DNA of 64,000 nucleotides from Limnothrix sp. BL-A-16 (GTDB lineage Bacteria > Cyanobacteriota > Cyanobacteriia > CACIAM-69d). How positions within the stretch are numbered: position 1 is the first letter of the stretch; each line of letters starts with the position of its first letter. The notes beneath the pieces were generated by a model. It was not told where the DNA came from, did no database searches, and saw only the letters and a program-made list of their open reading frames with translations. The translations under genes were made by a program, and so were the position numbers. Positions 54,351 through 64,000 of this stretch are shown here, one piece after another. Location of the stretch: NCBI GenBank assembly GCA_041937175.2, contig CP166615.1, positions 3,936,001 through 4,000,000 of the forward strand. The letters are read 5' to 3'.

Positions 54351-56048
54351 CTATTCGCTGCGTCGCCACCGTCGCAGCAGGATCTGCAATTCCGGCAGGC
54401 GCAACTGCCAAGCCACGGCCCCAAAAACCCCTAAGCCCGCTGAACCTGCCAACACCAACAACAGCAATTGCTCCAGTAGCGAGGATCCCAAGGATCCTGC
54501 TAGGCCCCAGCGCACCCCCCAGGCTACACCCCCAGCCAGGAAGCTCCCCAACAGCACACCGCCAAAGGGCTTGGCCCAATCGCCCCAGGGCAAGCCGCCC
54601 ATGCGTCGATCGAGCAACCAGAGCAGGGCCGCCATGGCCAGGGCATTCACCCCCACCGTGGCCAACACAATGCCGGCCGCGCCAAACCGAGGCACGAGCC
54701 ACCAGTCCAGCAGCGCATTAAACCCGATATTGACCAAACTGATCCGAAAGGGGGCATTGGCATCACCCAGGGCATAGAAGGCTCGCACCATCACATCCCG
54801 CCCCAGATAGACAAACATGCCAATCCCGGCGGCCATCAAGACGCTGGCCACCAGCTGGGAATCGTTGCTGTTGAAGGCTCCCCGCTCGTAGATGACTTGA
54901 ACGATCGGGTCGGCCAGGGCGATCGTTAGGCCGCTGAGGGGCAACATGGCGATCGCGGAGACCAACAACCCTTGCCGAAGCCGATCAATAAATACGGGGC
55001 GATCGTCCGCTGACCGGGCCAACACCGGCAGCAGGGGCACGAGCACCACGTTGGACACCAGGCCCAAAGGGGTTTGGATCAGCAAGTTGGCGTAATTGAG
55101 AGCCGCCGCGGCCTGGGGTACAAAGGAGGCAAAGAATAAATCCGTGTAGAGATTAATCTGCAACATCCCGGAGGAGAGGGCCGCGGGCCCCATCACGCCC
55201 ATCACCGCTTGCACTCCCGGGTGGCGCAGCGACCAGCCCAGCCGAAACCGCCCCATGCCCGCTTTGAGTTGGGCGGGCAGTTGGACTAACCATTGCAGGA
55301 GGGCCCCGGCCGTGGTGCTGGCGGCCAAAAGCACCCCACCCAGCGCCAGGGTGTCAGGGCCAGAGCCGCCCTGCTGCCAAGCGAACCAGCCGATCGCCCC
55401 GATCGTGACAATGCTGGACAGAACGGGACTGATTGAGGGCAACCAATAAAGATCGGCGGCGTTGAGCGTGCCGAAGCCAATCCCGATCGCTCCGGCCAAA
55501 AAGGCGATCGGGGCCATCACCTGCAATTGCAAAACCGCCAGCTCACGGGTTTGGATCGCCGCTGCGGTGTTGTGGACACTCAAGCCGGGAGCCAACAGCC
55601 CGATCGCCGGTTCCGCAAACACCACCAGGGCCGCACTCACCACCAGTAAGGCCCCACAAACTACCGTGGTGACCGTTTCCACGATCACCGCAGCCTCTGA
55701 TCGATCGCGCTTGGCCAACACACTGACCATGGCGCTGTGGAAGGGGCCGTTGATGCCGCCCAGCAGAATCAGCAGAAAGCCCGGTAGCACGTAGGCATAG
55801 GCGAAGGCATCCACCACCGGCCCGGCTCCAAAGGCCGCTGCGATCACCTGTTGGCGCACCAGACCCGCCACCTTGCTCAGAAGGGTGGCCCCGGCCACGA
55901 TGCTGGCAATGGACAGGATTGATCGCCCGGCCGGGATTGGCTCCGGGGCCTTTGGGGGCGGGGTTTCCGGGTCGAGATTGGCGGCCGGCTCGGCGGGCGA
56001 GGGGGGCGGCAATTCGGAAGCGGAGGAAGGGGGCGGAGAGTCGGTCAC
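54351..56048 (-). CDS. murJ: Lipid II flippase MurJ
   Basis: LLSKVAGLVRQ, LLGGINGPFHSA, YERGAF, RAFYALGD. Confidence 0.95.
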   Translation of the reverse strand: MTDSPPPSSASELPPPSPAEPAANLDPETPPPKAPEPIPAGRSILSIASIVAGATLLSKVAGLVRQQVIAAAFGAGPVVDAFAYAYVLPGFLLILLGGINGPFHSAMVSVLAKRDRSEAAVIVETVTTVVCGALLVVSAALVVFAEPAIGLLAPGLSVHNTAAAIQTRELAVLQLQVMAPIAFLAGAIGIGFGTLNAADLYWLPSISPVLSSIVTIGAIGWFAWQQGGSGPDTLALGGVLLAASTTAGALLQWLVQLPAQLKAGMGRFRLGWSLRHPGVQAVMGVMGPAALSSGMLQINLYTDLFFASFVPQAAAALNYANLLIQTPLGLVSNVVLVPLLPVLARSADDRPVFIDRLRQGLLVSAIAMLPLSGLTIALADPIVQVIYERGAFNSNDSQLVASVLMAAGIGMFVYLGRDVMVRAFYALGDANAPFRISLVNIGFNALLDWWLVPRFGAAGIVLATVGVNALAMAALLWLLDRRMGGLPWGDWAKPFGGVLLGSFLAGGVAWGVRWGLAGSLGSSLLEQLLLLVLAGSAGLGVFGAVAWQLRLPELQILLRRWRRSE

Positions 56049-56244
56049 GGTCGAAGGGCGATCGAGAATCCGATCGAAAAAGGCTGGTTTGCAGCATACC
56101 CGAGCCGGGGAGCGATCGACCTTTTCGCCAAACCGCTATAGTCGATCTGCATCGATTGGCTCCCCGATCGCCGCCCGCCAACGTTCAAATTTCGATTCAA
56201 GATTCCAACTTTTCCCTTGATCGTTTCGATCGCTTCTGAATCCT

Positions 56245-58650
56245 ATGACCCTGACTAGCCATCCCCCGTCCCCTAAACCAACGGCCGTGCTCACGGTTTC
56301 GGGCATGAAATGTGGCGGTTGTGTGGCGGCTGTGGAAAATCGCCTGAAGCGCCAACCCACGGTGGCCGATGCCAATGTGAACTTGGCGACGGGCTTGGCG
56401 GTGGTGGATTTGCTGCCGGGAACCGATGTGCAGGCCACCGTGCCTGCCCTGGCGGCGGCCTTGACGGGGGCAGGGTTTCCCAGCGAAGTGCAAACTTCGG
56501 CAGATTTGACCCCGATTGCCCCGGAAACCCCGGCCACGGCGGGCGATTGGTGGCGGCCCCTGGTGATTGCCGGGGTGCTGTTGCTGATTTCCACCTTGGG
56601 CCACCTCGATCGGCTGGGGGGCCCGCCCATCCCGCTAATCAGCCGGGTGGAATTTCACTTTGCGGTGGCGACCTTGGCCCTGCTGTTTCCGGGGCGAGAG
56701 ATTTTGCTAGAAGGGTTTCGATCGCTTCTGCGCGGCATTCCCACCATGAATTCCCTGATTGGCTTGGGAACCGGTGCGGCCTATTTGGCCAGTGTGGTGG
56801 CCTTGGTTCACCCCAGTTGGGATTGGGCTTGTTTTTTCGATGAGCCGGCCATGCTGTTGGGGTTTGTGCTGTTGGGCCGCACGATCGAGGCCCGGGTGCG
56901 GGTGCGATCGCGCGAATCCTTCACGGCCCTGCTGGCCCTGAAGCCAGCCCTGGCGCGTCGGTTGACCCAGGAACCCACGGAGTTGGGAGAAGCGCTGCCA
57001 ACGGAATCAATTCCCGTGGGAACGGTGCAGGTGGGCCAAGCCCTGTTGGTGTTGCCGGGCGATCGGTTGCCGGTGGACGGGGTGGTGGTGCTAGGTAAAA
57101 CCACAGTGGACGAGGCGATGTTGACGGGGGAATCGCAGCCGGTGATCAAGCAGCCGGGCGATCGCCTGCTGGCGGGAACCCTCAACCAATCGGGGGCAAT
57201 CGTGATCCGGGCCCAGCGGGTTGGCCGCGACACGGAATTGGCCCGCATTGTGCAATTGGTGGCCGAAGCCCAAGGGCGCAAGGCTCCGATCCAGCGGTTG
57301 GCCGATCGCGTGGCGGGCTATTTTTGCTGGGGGGTGATGGCGATCGCCGGGTTCACCTTCGGCTTTTGGGCCCTCTGGGGCGATCGATTCCCCGCTGTGT
57401 TGCAAGCGGCCGCCCAAACCACCACCCACGCCAACCACACCGCTCACCTGGCCATGGCTGGGATGGCCCCCATGGTGTCGGAGCCGGTGACCCCTGGACA
57501 ATTGGCCCTGAAGCTCGCCATTTCCGTGCTGGTGGTGGCCTGTCCCTGTGCCTTGGGCTTGGCCACGCCGACGGCCATTTTGGTTGGCTCCAGTTGGGGC
57601 GCAGAACAGGGGATTTTGATTCGGGGTGGGGATGTGTTGGAGCGGCTCCAGCAGGTGGCCACGGTGGTCTTTGACAAAACCGGAACCCTCACCACGGGGC
57701 GACCGGTGTTGGTCGATCGCCAACCCCTGGTGGCTGAGATGACGGGCGATCGCCTGGTGCAGTTGGCGGCGGCCGTGGAGCGGGGCACAGGCCACCCCCT
57801 GGCCCAAGCGATCGCCCAAGCGGCCGCTGCGTTACCCGCCCTCCCGGCCCAAGACTTCGTGACGGAACCGGGGCTGGGAGCCAAGGCCCAAGTGGCCGAT
57901 CGCCCCGTTTGGGTCGGCAATCGGGCCTGGCTGGCTCAAGGGGGAATTTCCTTGCCGGAGTCGCTGGAGTCGGCCCTTCAGCAAACGGCCCAGGCCGGGA
58001 AAACACCGATCCTGGTGGCGGAGGGCGATCGACTAGTGGGGGTGCTGTCGGCCGTCGATGAGCTGCGACCCGACGCGATCACCACCGTGCAGCGGCTCCA
58101 GCAACTGGGGTTGGACATTCGGGTGTTAACGGGCGATCGGGCTGAGGTGGCCAACGCCCTAGCCGATCGGGTCGGCCTGCCCCGATCGGCCGTGGTTGCC
58201 GAGCTGCGACCCGACCAAAAAGCCCAAATCATCAGCCAATTGCCCCATCCGGCCATGGTTGGCGACGGCATCAACGATGCACCCGCCCTGGCCACCGCTC
58301 CCGTTGGTATTGCCCTGGGATCGGCCACCGATGCTGCCCTAGAAACCGCCGGTGTCATTTTGACGCGCGATCGACTGCTCGACCTGCCGAGCGCGATCAT
58401 GCTTGGCCGCGCAACGTTCCGTAAAATTCGCCAAAACCTGTTATGGGCCATCGCGTACAATGCGATTGGCATTCCCCTCGCGGCGGGCCTTTGGTTACCC
58501 TCCGTTGGATGGGGGCTTAGTCCTGCCACCGCTGCCGCTCTGATGGCTTTCAGTTCTGTCAGTGTGGTAAGTAATTCCCTGCTCCTGCGTGTTAGCGCCC
58601 GATCGGCAGTTAGTGCGCTGCCTGAACAAAACCAGACATGTCAGAATTAG
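56245..58650 (+). CDS. Cu(I)-transporting P1B-type ATPase (CtaA-like)
   Basis: GMKCGGC, TGES, CPCALGLATP, DKTGT, GDGINDAP, YN...MAFSS. Confidence 0.93.
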   Translation: MTLTSHPPSPKPTAVLTVSGMKCGGCVAAVENRLKRQPTVADANVNLATGLAVVDLLPGTDVQATVPALAAALTGAGFPSEVQTSADLTPIAPETPATAGDWWRPLVIAGVLLLISTLGHLDRLGGPPIPLISRVEFHFAVATLALLFPGREILLEGFRSLLRGIPTMNSLIGLGTGAAYLASVVALVHPSWDWACFFDEPAMLLGFVLLGRTIEARVRVRSRESFTALLALKPALARRLTQEPTELGEALPTESIPVGTVQVGQALLVLPGDRLPVDGVVVLGKTTVDEAMLTGESQPVIKQPGDRLLAGTLNQSGAIVIRAQRVGRDTELARIVQLVAEAQGRKAPIQRLADRVAGYFCWGVMAIAGFTFGFWALWGDRFPAVLQAAAQTTTHANHTAHLAMAGMAPMVSEPVTPGQLALKLAISVLVVACPCALGLATPTAILVGSSWGAEQGILIRGGDVLERLQQVATVVFDKTGTLTTGRPVLVDRQPLVAEMTGDRLVQLAAAVERGTGHPLAQAIAQAAAALPALPAQDFVTEPGLGAKAQVADRPVWVGNRAWLAQGGISLPESLESALQQTAQAGKTPILVAEGDRLVGVLSAVDELRPDAITTVQRLQQLGLDIRVLTGDRAEVANALADRVGLPRSAVVAELRPDQKAQIISQLPHPAMVGDGINDAPALATAPVGIALGSATDAALETAGVILTRDRLLDLPSAIMLGRATFRKIRQNLLWAIAYNAIGIPLAAGLWLPSVGWGLSPATAAALMAFSSVSVVSNSLLLRVSARSAVSALPEQNQTCQN

Positions 58651-58721
58651 CCGTAACCGAGCTACGTCAAGAGTCTCCACGCTCCGTGGAGCACAGTTAA
58701 TCCAGTCCGCATAATCAGCCC

Positions 58722-59156
58722 ATGCCCGCAGAACCCAGGCAAAATCACCTCTTAATCGTTGAAGACGACAAGGGGAGACGGGAAGTCATTCTCGAAAATC
58801 CCGTCTACTCCATTGGACGCGATCCCAAGTGCGATGTCATCCTTGTTTCTCAATTTGTGTCGCGTCGGCACGCCACCCTCGTTCGTCTGTCCTATGACGA
58901 CGGTACAGCCTATTACCGAATAGTCGATGGCAACCTCAAGGGCAAACCCAGTGCCAATGGGCTGTTAATTAACGGTCGTAAGCTGCAAGTCCACGATTTA
59001 CAAAACGAGGACGAAATTGTCTTTGGGCCCCAGGTTCGGGCCATCTACTACACCCTCAAGCAAGATACGCTCTCGATCGGGCCGCCGGACGAGTTTGATA
59101 TCACCTTGATTAGCCCCAACATGGTGGGTGACCCGGAAGACACGGATGATGATTAA
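58722..59156 (+). CDS. FHA-domain protein
   Basis: IGRDP, VSRRHA, SANG. Confidence 0.92.
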   Translation: MPAEPRQNHLLIVEDDKGRREVILENPVYSIGRDPKCDVILVSQFVSRRHATLVRLSYDDGTAYYRIVDGNLKGKPSANGLLINGRKLQVHDLQNEDEIVFGPQVRAIYYTLKQDTLSIGPPDEFDITLISPNMVGDPEDTDDD

Positions 59157-59551
59157 CCCTTGTGTTAATCAGAACCCATAGGAGACTCCAGAATCTGAGC
59201 GTTTGAAGATGCTGTTGTTTGATCAGTCATCCCTCAAGGCTTCTGGAGTCATGTTTAAGCATTATCCTATGCGCTTTCCTATCGTTTTCGGCGTTGATTG
59301 ATTTAGCGTTGATTGATTCAGCATTTACGAAGCATCTACGAAGCATCTACTGAAAAGGTTTCTGAAAAGCTAAAACCGCGCCAGAGCCAGCCGCTGTTAC
59401 TGACCAAGCTCATTGAGAGTCTTAGGAAAGTTGCAGGTCTTGGCCCCGTTTCGGTTTTGGCTTTTCTTCGTTTTGGTTGTTTAAGCTGTGGGTTAATTAA
59501 TGCGCGGATGGATCGCCCTGTGAATTAATCGATGAATGAATCGATCGCGCC

Positions 59552-60601
59552 CTAGCCCAATTGAGCCGCGCACACCGCCGCTCCCAGCAGGCCCACTTGA
59601 GGATTCAAGACCACCGAAACGGGCACATTTTCTAGCAGCTCGCTCACCCGGCCCTTGCTGCCAAAGTGAAATAGAAACTGGCCCCGATCGAGCAAGGGCA
59701 AAATCTTGGCGGCAATGCCTCCGGCCACATACAGTCCGCCGTAGGGCAAGAGCTTCAGGGCCAAGTTGCCCGCCTCGGCTCCATAGGCCGCCACAAACAA
59801 GTTCATGGCCTGTTCGCAGAGTGCATCGGACTCTTCCAAGGCAGCACGGGCAATGATTGCGCCGGGATCGATGCTCTTTTCGCTGCGGCCCATTTCCTGT
59901 TCCCAGGTGCGGATGGCTTGGGCAACGGTGCTGTTTTCGTGGCCCGTTTGCCGATCGCGCAAAAATTGATAGATGCCGACAATCCCTTGGCCAGAAACAA
60001 TCCGCTCCACGGAGACCCGATCGATTTGATATCGCTCCTGCAAATAGTTGTGTAGTTCCCATTCCAGGGCCGATCGGGGCGCAAAGTCCGTGTGGCCGCC
60101 CTCGGTGCTGAAGGCGCGGTAGCGGCCCGGCTCGCCCGTTGGAATCAAAAATCCTTCGCCCAAGCCAGTGCCCGCCCCCAAAATCCCGATCGGGGCCATG
60201 GGGTCGGCCTTGGCCGGCTGCAACACTTGCAAATCCACCGCTTCCAGCACCGGGATGCCATAACCGACGGCGGCAAAGTCGTTGATCAGTTCCACGTGGG
60301 GAATTTCGAGGGCTTGGATCAGCCGATCGACCTCCAGGAACCAGCCCAGGTTGGTGAGCCGTGATGTGCCGTGGGCCACGGGCCCCGCAATCCCAAAGCA
60401 GGCGCGATCGGGCCGGCGATTGAGTCCGGAAGCCCCCAAAAAGGTTTCCACCATCGGCACCAAGTCGGTGAAGTCCCGGCTGGCGTATTGGGCCTCATAC
60501 AGGGGTTGTAACTCCACCGCCTGGGGGGTGCGGCTGTCGGTTTCCACCAACCGCAGAATCGTTTTGGTTCCGCCCACATCACCGGCCAACAGCAGCGCCA
60601 C
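59552..60601 (-). CDS. glk: Glucokinase
   Basis: AGDVGGTKT, LINDF, GAGTGLG, EGGH, ERIVSG. Confidence 0.95.
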   Translation of the reverse strand: MALLLAGDVGGTKTILRLVETDSRTPQAVELQPLYEAQYASRDFTDLVPMVETFLGASGLNRRPDRACFGIAGPVAHGTSRLTNLGWFLEVDRLIQALEIPHVELINDFAAVGYGIPVLEAVDLQVLQPAKADPMAPIGILGAGTGLGEGFLIPTGEPGRYRAFSTEGGHTDFAPRSALEWELHNYLQERYQIDRVSVERIVSGQGIVGIYQFLRDRQTGHENSTVAQAIRTWEQEMGRSEKSIDPGAIIARAALEESDALCEQAMNLFVAAYGAEAGNLALKLLPYGGLYVAGGIAAKILPLLDRGQFLFHFGSKGRVSELLENVPVSVVLNPQVGLLGAAVCAAQLG

Positions 60602-60741
60602 GGTTTCGCCTCCCGTTCTCAGATTGCTAGAGCTTCAGTAGGCCAAGGAACTCTGGCCCGCCCATCATTTTCTGCCCTGTACCGATGCGCGGGTTGCCCC
60701 AAGGCCCAATCGATCGATCTTGGGTCTTGTTTTGATTCCAA

Positions 60742-60829
60742 TCTTTGACCACCCCGTACGAGTCTTTGACCACCCCGTACGAGATCCCGGGAGGGCAGTC
60801 CCAGGGGACAAGGGGCTTAGGCCCCTTGT
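60742..60829. repeat. 21-bp tandem duplication plus a near-perfect copy of the CAAGGGGCTTAAGCCCCTTG palindrome
   Basis: tctttgaccaccccgtacgag x2 (60742-60783); acaaggggcttaggccccttgt at 60808-60829. Confidence 0.8.
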
Positions 60830-60856
60830 TTACGGTGATCTTGATGCAGTTGCGTC

Positions 60857-61933
60857 TTAGTTTTGCTCGAAGGGCAGGCCAAAGACCGAGCAGAATGTTT
60901 TCTCAACCTTATAGCCCGAGTCGATCGTCTCTAGCGGGTCTTTCCGGAGCCGGTGACGCAAACAGAGCACAATCACCCGGCGGATGTCATCGACGGTCAC
61001 TTGGGTGCGACCTTCGAGGGCGGCGATCGCCTTGGCGGCCCGGTTGGTCACAATGTCGCCCCGCAACCCGTCCACGTCCAGCTCAGAACAAACCTGGGAA
61101 ATTTGCACCCGCAAATCGTAGTCCAGCTCCACCGAGGGCAATAGGTTCCGAGCGTTTACCAGTTTGGCTTGCAGGGCTTGCTGCTCCGTTTGGCAACGAT
61201 CGAGGTAGCTTTGGGGGCTGCTGTCAAAGGCCGATCGCTCTTCCACGATTTGCACCCGCAGGTTCGGCTCCTTCACGGTGCGAATTTCCGCGTGCATCCC
61301 GAAGCGATCGAGCAGTTGGGGCCGCAGCTCCCCTTCTTCCGGGTTGCCGGAACCCACCAACACAAACCGCGCTGGGTGGCGAATCGAAATCCCTTCCCGT
61401 TCCACCGTGTTCCAGCCCGAGGCCGCCGAATCCAGCAGCACATCCACCAAGTGGTCATCGAGCAGGTTCACTTCATCCACATAAAGGATGCCGCGATTGG
61501 CCTTGGCCAACAGGCCCGGTTCAAAGGCTTTCACCCCTTCGGCCAGGGCTTTTTCAATGTCGATCGTGCCGCAAACGCGGTCTTCGGTGGCTCCCAAGGG
61601 CAGGTCAACCATTTGTACCTTGCGCTGCACCACGGGCAAGGACTGACCCGCCAACGCCCGATCGCGCACCTCGTCGCTCATCAATTCCGGGTCGCGGGGG
61701 TCGCTGTTGAAGGGGTCGCCGTCCACCACATCGATTTCCGGGAGCAAGTCGGCCAGGGCGCGAATCGTGGTGGATTTGCCCGTGCCCCGATCGCCAACGA
61801 TCAACACACCCCCAATCTTGGGGTCAATGACGTTGAGCATCAACGCCAACTTCATTTCTTCTTGACCGACGATCGCCGTGAAGGGAAACACGGGCCGACG
61901 GCGGGTTTCGGAACTGACAACGGTTGCGGTCAC
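60857..61933 (-). CDS. chlI: Magnesium chelatase subunit I
   Basis: [40 protein letters not shown]. Confidence 0.97.
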   Translation of the reverse strand: MTATVVSSETRRRPVFPFTAIVGQEEMKLALMLNVIDPKIGGVLIVGDRGTGKSTTIRALADLLPEIDVVDGDPFNSDPRDPELMSDEVRDRALAGQSLPVVQRKVQMVDLPLGATEDRVCGTIDIEKALAEGVKAFEPGLLAKANRGILYVDEVNLLDDHLVDVLLDSAASGWNTVEREGISIRHPARFVLVGSGNPEEGELRPQLLDRFGMHAEIRTVKEPNLRVQIVEERSAFDSSPQSYLDRCQTEQQALQAKLVNARNLLPSVELDYDLRVQISQVCSELDVDGLRGDIVTNRAAKAIAALEGRTQVTVDDIRRVIVLCLRHRLRKDPLETIDSGYKVEKTFCSVFGLPFEQN

Positions 61934-62158
61934 GGGCGTTTCAGGTAAGGTCGATTTTGAAGGGTTGGATCTTATTGGGATCGAAATTGGGCGGGCCCTT
62001 GCGGCCGGCCGTCTTTCATTTTGCCATAGGGGTTGCGCTCCCAACGGGCGATCGGCTCGTTGGGGGAGGCTGATACCATGGACTGGTAACTTTTCAAAAA
62101 TTTCGGCAAGGGCTGGGCTGTGGCTGCAACTTCATCTCCTTGGGTCTCGGTGGCACGC

Positions 62159-63172
62159 ATGGTGGAAGAGCTGCTCTACTCAACTCGCCATCGGGCCAGC
62201 CTGGGCCCGACGGCGCGGGGCCCGGCGGCCCGGCGGGGGCGCTCATCGCGTCCGGTCGGCCCAATGGCGAATTCCCAACCTAGTCGCCCCCAGCCAACTC
62301 GGCGTGATTCGCTGGATGATCCTTGGGCCGATGACCCCGATCGCTACGTGGATGAATATGCGAACCAAGATGCCGACCAATATGTCGATCGCCCCGTAGA
62401 CCGGCTCGGCGATCGATCCCTCAATCGCCGGCCACGCCCCAGCCACCATCCGCGTAAAACACGCCTCCGCTCTCGCTACGCGGCCCGATCGATCATCACC
62501 CGGCGTTGGTTGCCTTGGGTTGCCGGTGGCAGCCTGCTCTTGCTGTCGGATTGGCAGCTAGGATCCGCCGCTGCGGCCGGTGGAGCCGTGGTTTGGCTGG
62601 TCTACCGCACCGAGCCGCGCCATTGGCAATCCCTCGATCGACAAATTCAAGGTTGGTTGCGAGAACTGAACCGGGGCGAAAACGGCAAGCTGACCCTGGC
62701 CCTGGTGGGTGGTGGTGCAGCCATGCTGAGCACCTACGTGGCCGCGGCCGTGTTGGGAGAATCGACCGGCTGGCTGGGGGCGGCCACGGTGCTTCAGGGA
62801 TTTGGAACCCTGGGCGCATTGGCCCTGCTGGTGCGCCACTGGCTCGGCCAACCCACGATCGAGCACGATCGCCTCTTCCATCGGGCGATCGAGCGATTGA
62901 GCGATCGCGATCCCCTTTCCCAACTGGCCGCCGCCCGCCAACTGGGCCACCTGGCCGATCGGGGGCACTTGGATGCCACCCAAACACGCACCGCCGCCGA
63001 CTGTGTACGGTTGCTGTTGCAACAGGGGTGCGATCGCCCCGTCCATGAAGCCGCTTGGGATACCTTGGCCGTGCTGGAACCGGTGGGCGCAGAACCCGGA
63101 GCCGCCCGATCGGGACGATCGCCCCAGCCCGTTTTGGTGCGTTTGCCTCGGGTCACGGTTCGATCGCGCTAA
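62159..63172 (+). CDS. Hypothetical membrane protein with C-terminal ARM/HEAT-like helices
   Basis: Disordered N-terminus, ~4 TM segments, LSDRDPLSQLAAARQL; start uncertain. Confidence 0.65.
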   Translation: MVEELLYSTRHRASLGPTARGPAARRGRSSRPVGPMANSQPSRPQPTRRDSLDDPWADDPDRYVDEYANQDADQYVDRPVDRLGDRSLNRRPRPSHHPRKTRLRSRYAARSIITRRWLPWVAGGSLLLLSDWQLGSAAAAGGAVVWLVYRTEPRHWQSLDRQIQGWLRELNRGENGKLTLALVGGGAAMLSTYVAAAVLGESTGWLGAATVLQGFGTLGALALLVRHWLGQPTIEHDRLFHRAIERLSDRDPLSQLAAARQLGHLADRGHLDATQTRTAADCVRLLLQQGCDRPVHEAAWDTLAVLEPVGAEPGAARSGRSPQPVLVRLPRVTVRSR

Positions 63173-63177
63173 CCCTA

Positions 63178-63340
63178 GGAGTGTTGTCATTTCGCCCAAA
63201 ACCCTGATTCCACCGTGACAAAATCGCGAGGGGCAAGGGGCTTACTCGTGAGGGGCAAGGGGCTTAAGCCCCTTGTTACGACGATTTGGCAACGGAAAAT
63301 CTAGGGTTTCAGCCTTACATCGAGAAATGAGGACAGGGCC
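63178..63340 (+). mobile_element. MITE family B, copy 3 (163 bp, with ~22-bp internal duplication)
   Basis: GGAGTGTTGTCATTT / AAATGAGGACAGGGCC flanked by TA; perfect palindrome at 63256-63275 and half copy at 63234-63244. Confidence 0.8.
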
Positions 63341-63623
63341 TAATCCCCAGCGATCAAACTGATGGGATTGGGGTGGAAGTTTCCCGGGTGGAACAGCGAA
63401 TTCTTGAGAAAACCAGAAAATTTGAGAAAATTGCACCCGGTTCGTGTTTAAGGTTTCATGGGCTACCGTTTCCTGAAGATCGCGGCCAGCCCACATTGGC
63501 AGTCGATCGCAACCAGTTAAGATAGAAATACCAACTTCCATCGGGGTCACCTTCAATCGCGTTGCCAGGGTGCAACAAGCGCACGCGATTCCCGAGTTCT
63601 AAGCCTTGCACCAAAGGAGGCCT

Positions 63624-63869
63624 ATGCTTCAAGACCCTAGAGCCGTCCGCCACTTTCAAAAAATCGCCGATACGATCGCTGAACTGTGGAATCGGGGCTA
63701 CCGCTTTGACGATATGCGGATGTACCTTGACGGTTACTTGGCAGCCCTGCGTTACACCGAGTCCTTGGAAGCGTTTTCGATTAATCGTCTCGAAGAGGAA
63801 GCCACGCGCTATCTCTACGACCCATCCAACTACGACATGGTGCAACCTCAGCCGGATTTGGTTGAATAG
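63624..63869 (+). CDS. Conserved cyanobacterial protein (DUF6761-like)
   Basis: AGGAGG RBS; MLQD...WNRGYR...YLDGYLAALR. Confidence 0.8.
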   Translation: MLQDPRAVRHFQKIADTIAELWNRGYRFDDMRMYLDGYLAALRYTESLEAFSINRLEEEATRYLYDPSNYDMVQPQPDLVE

Positions 63870-64000
63870 TGCCGCTGACCGCGCTCCAATGTCCGCGATC
63901 CAATGTTTTGATGATTTGATGGGTCATTTGATCAGTGATTTGATTGTTGCAGTCACGTTCTCAGGAGATTGTTCCTAATCACGTTGCCGGCATCATATCC

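Noticed and set aside
60700..60856. Fourth MITE family around the 60809 palindrome
   Set aside because: Candidate TIRs are too degenerate and there is no second copy in the window; kept only as a repeat.
60745..61710. 321-aa plus-strand ORF
   Set aside because: Antisense shadow of chlI; Arg/Pro-rich with no motifs.
2885..63275. Palindrome copies as dispersed CRISPR repeats
   Set aside because: They are isolated, mostly embedded in TIR/TSD-bounded elements, with no repeat-spacer periodicity.

Overview
Chromosomal window from a cyanobacterium (psbC, chlI, CP12, a CpcS-family lyase, nrrA with a canonical NtcA promoter, and very frequent HIP1-type GCGATCGC/CGATCG sites). Most of it is housekeeping genes. 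It also contains a more AT-rich block (~13.6-25.3 kb) with an FAD oxidoreductase, a Ser/Thr-His hybrid kinase, ureG and a MASE1 kinase, an iron-uptake locus (piuC-like / efeO-efeB), and a probable 6S RNA. The most striking features are: (1) a 20-bp palindrome, CAAGGGGCTTAAGCCCCTTG, present 9 times, 8 of them inside three MITE families with unrelated terminal inverted repeats, many inserted at or next to stop codons; (2) a tnpA-less TnpB element, probably IS607-type, whose ends, TAM and guide can be inferred because removing it restores a dacB stop codon; (3) a HepA/MsbA-like ABC exporter ending in two His-to-Tyr pseudo-HisKA domains; (4) a desaturase-like flavoenzyme with a winged-helix-like insertion. 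All calls were made by eye from the sequence; no database search was run.
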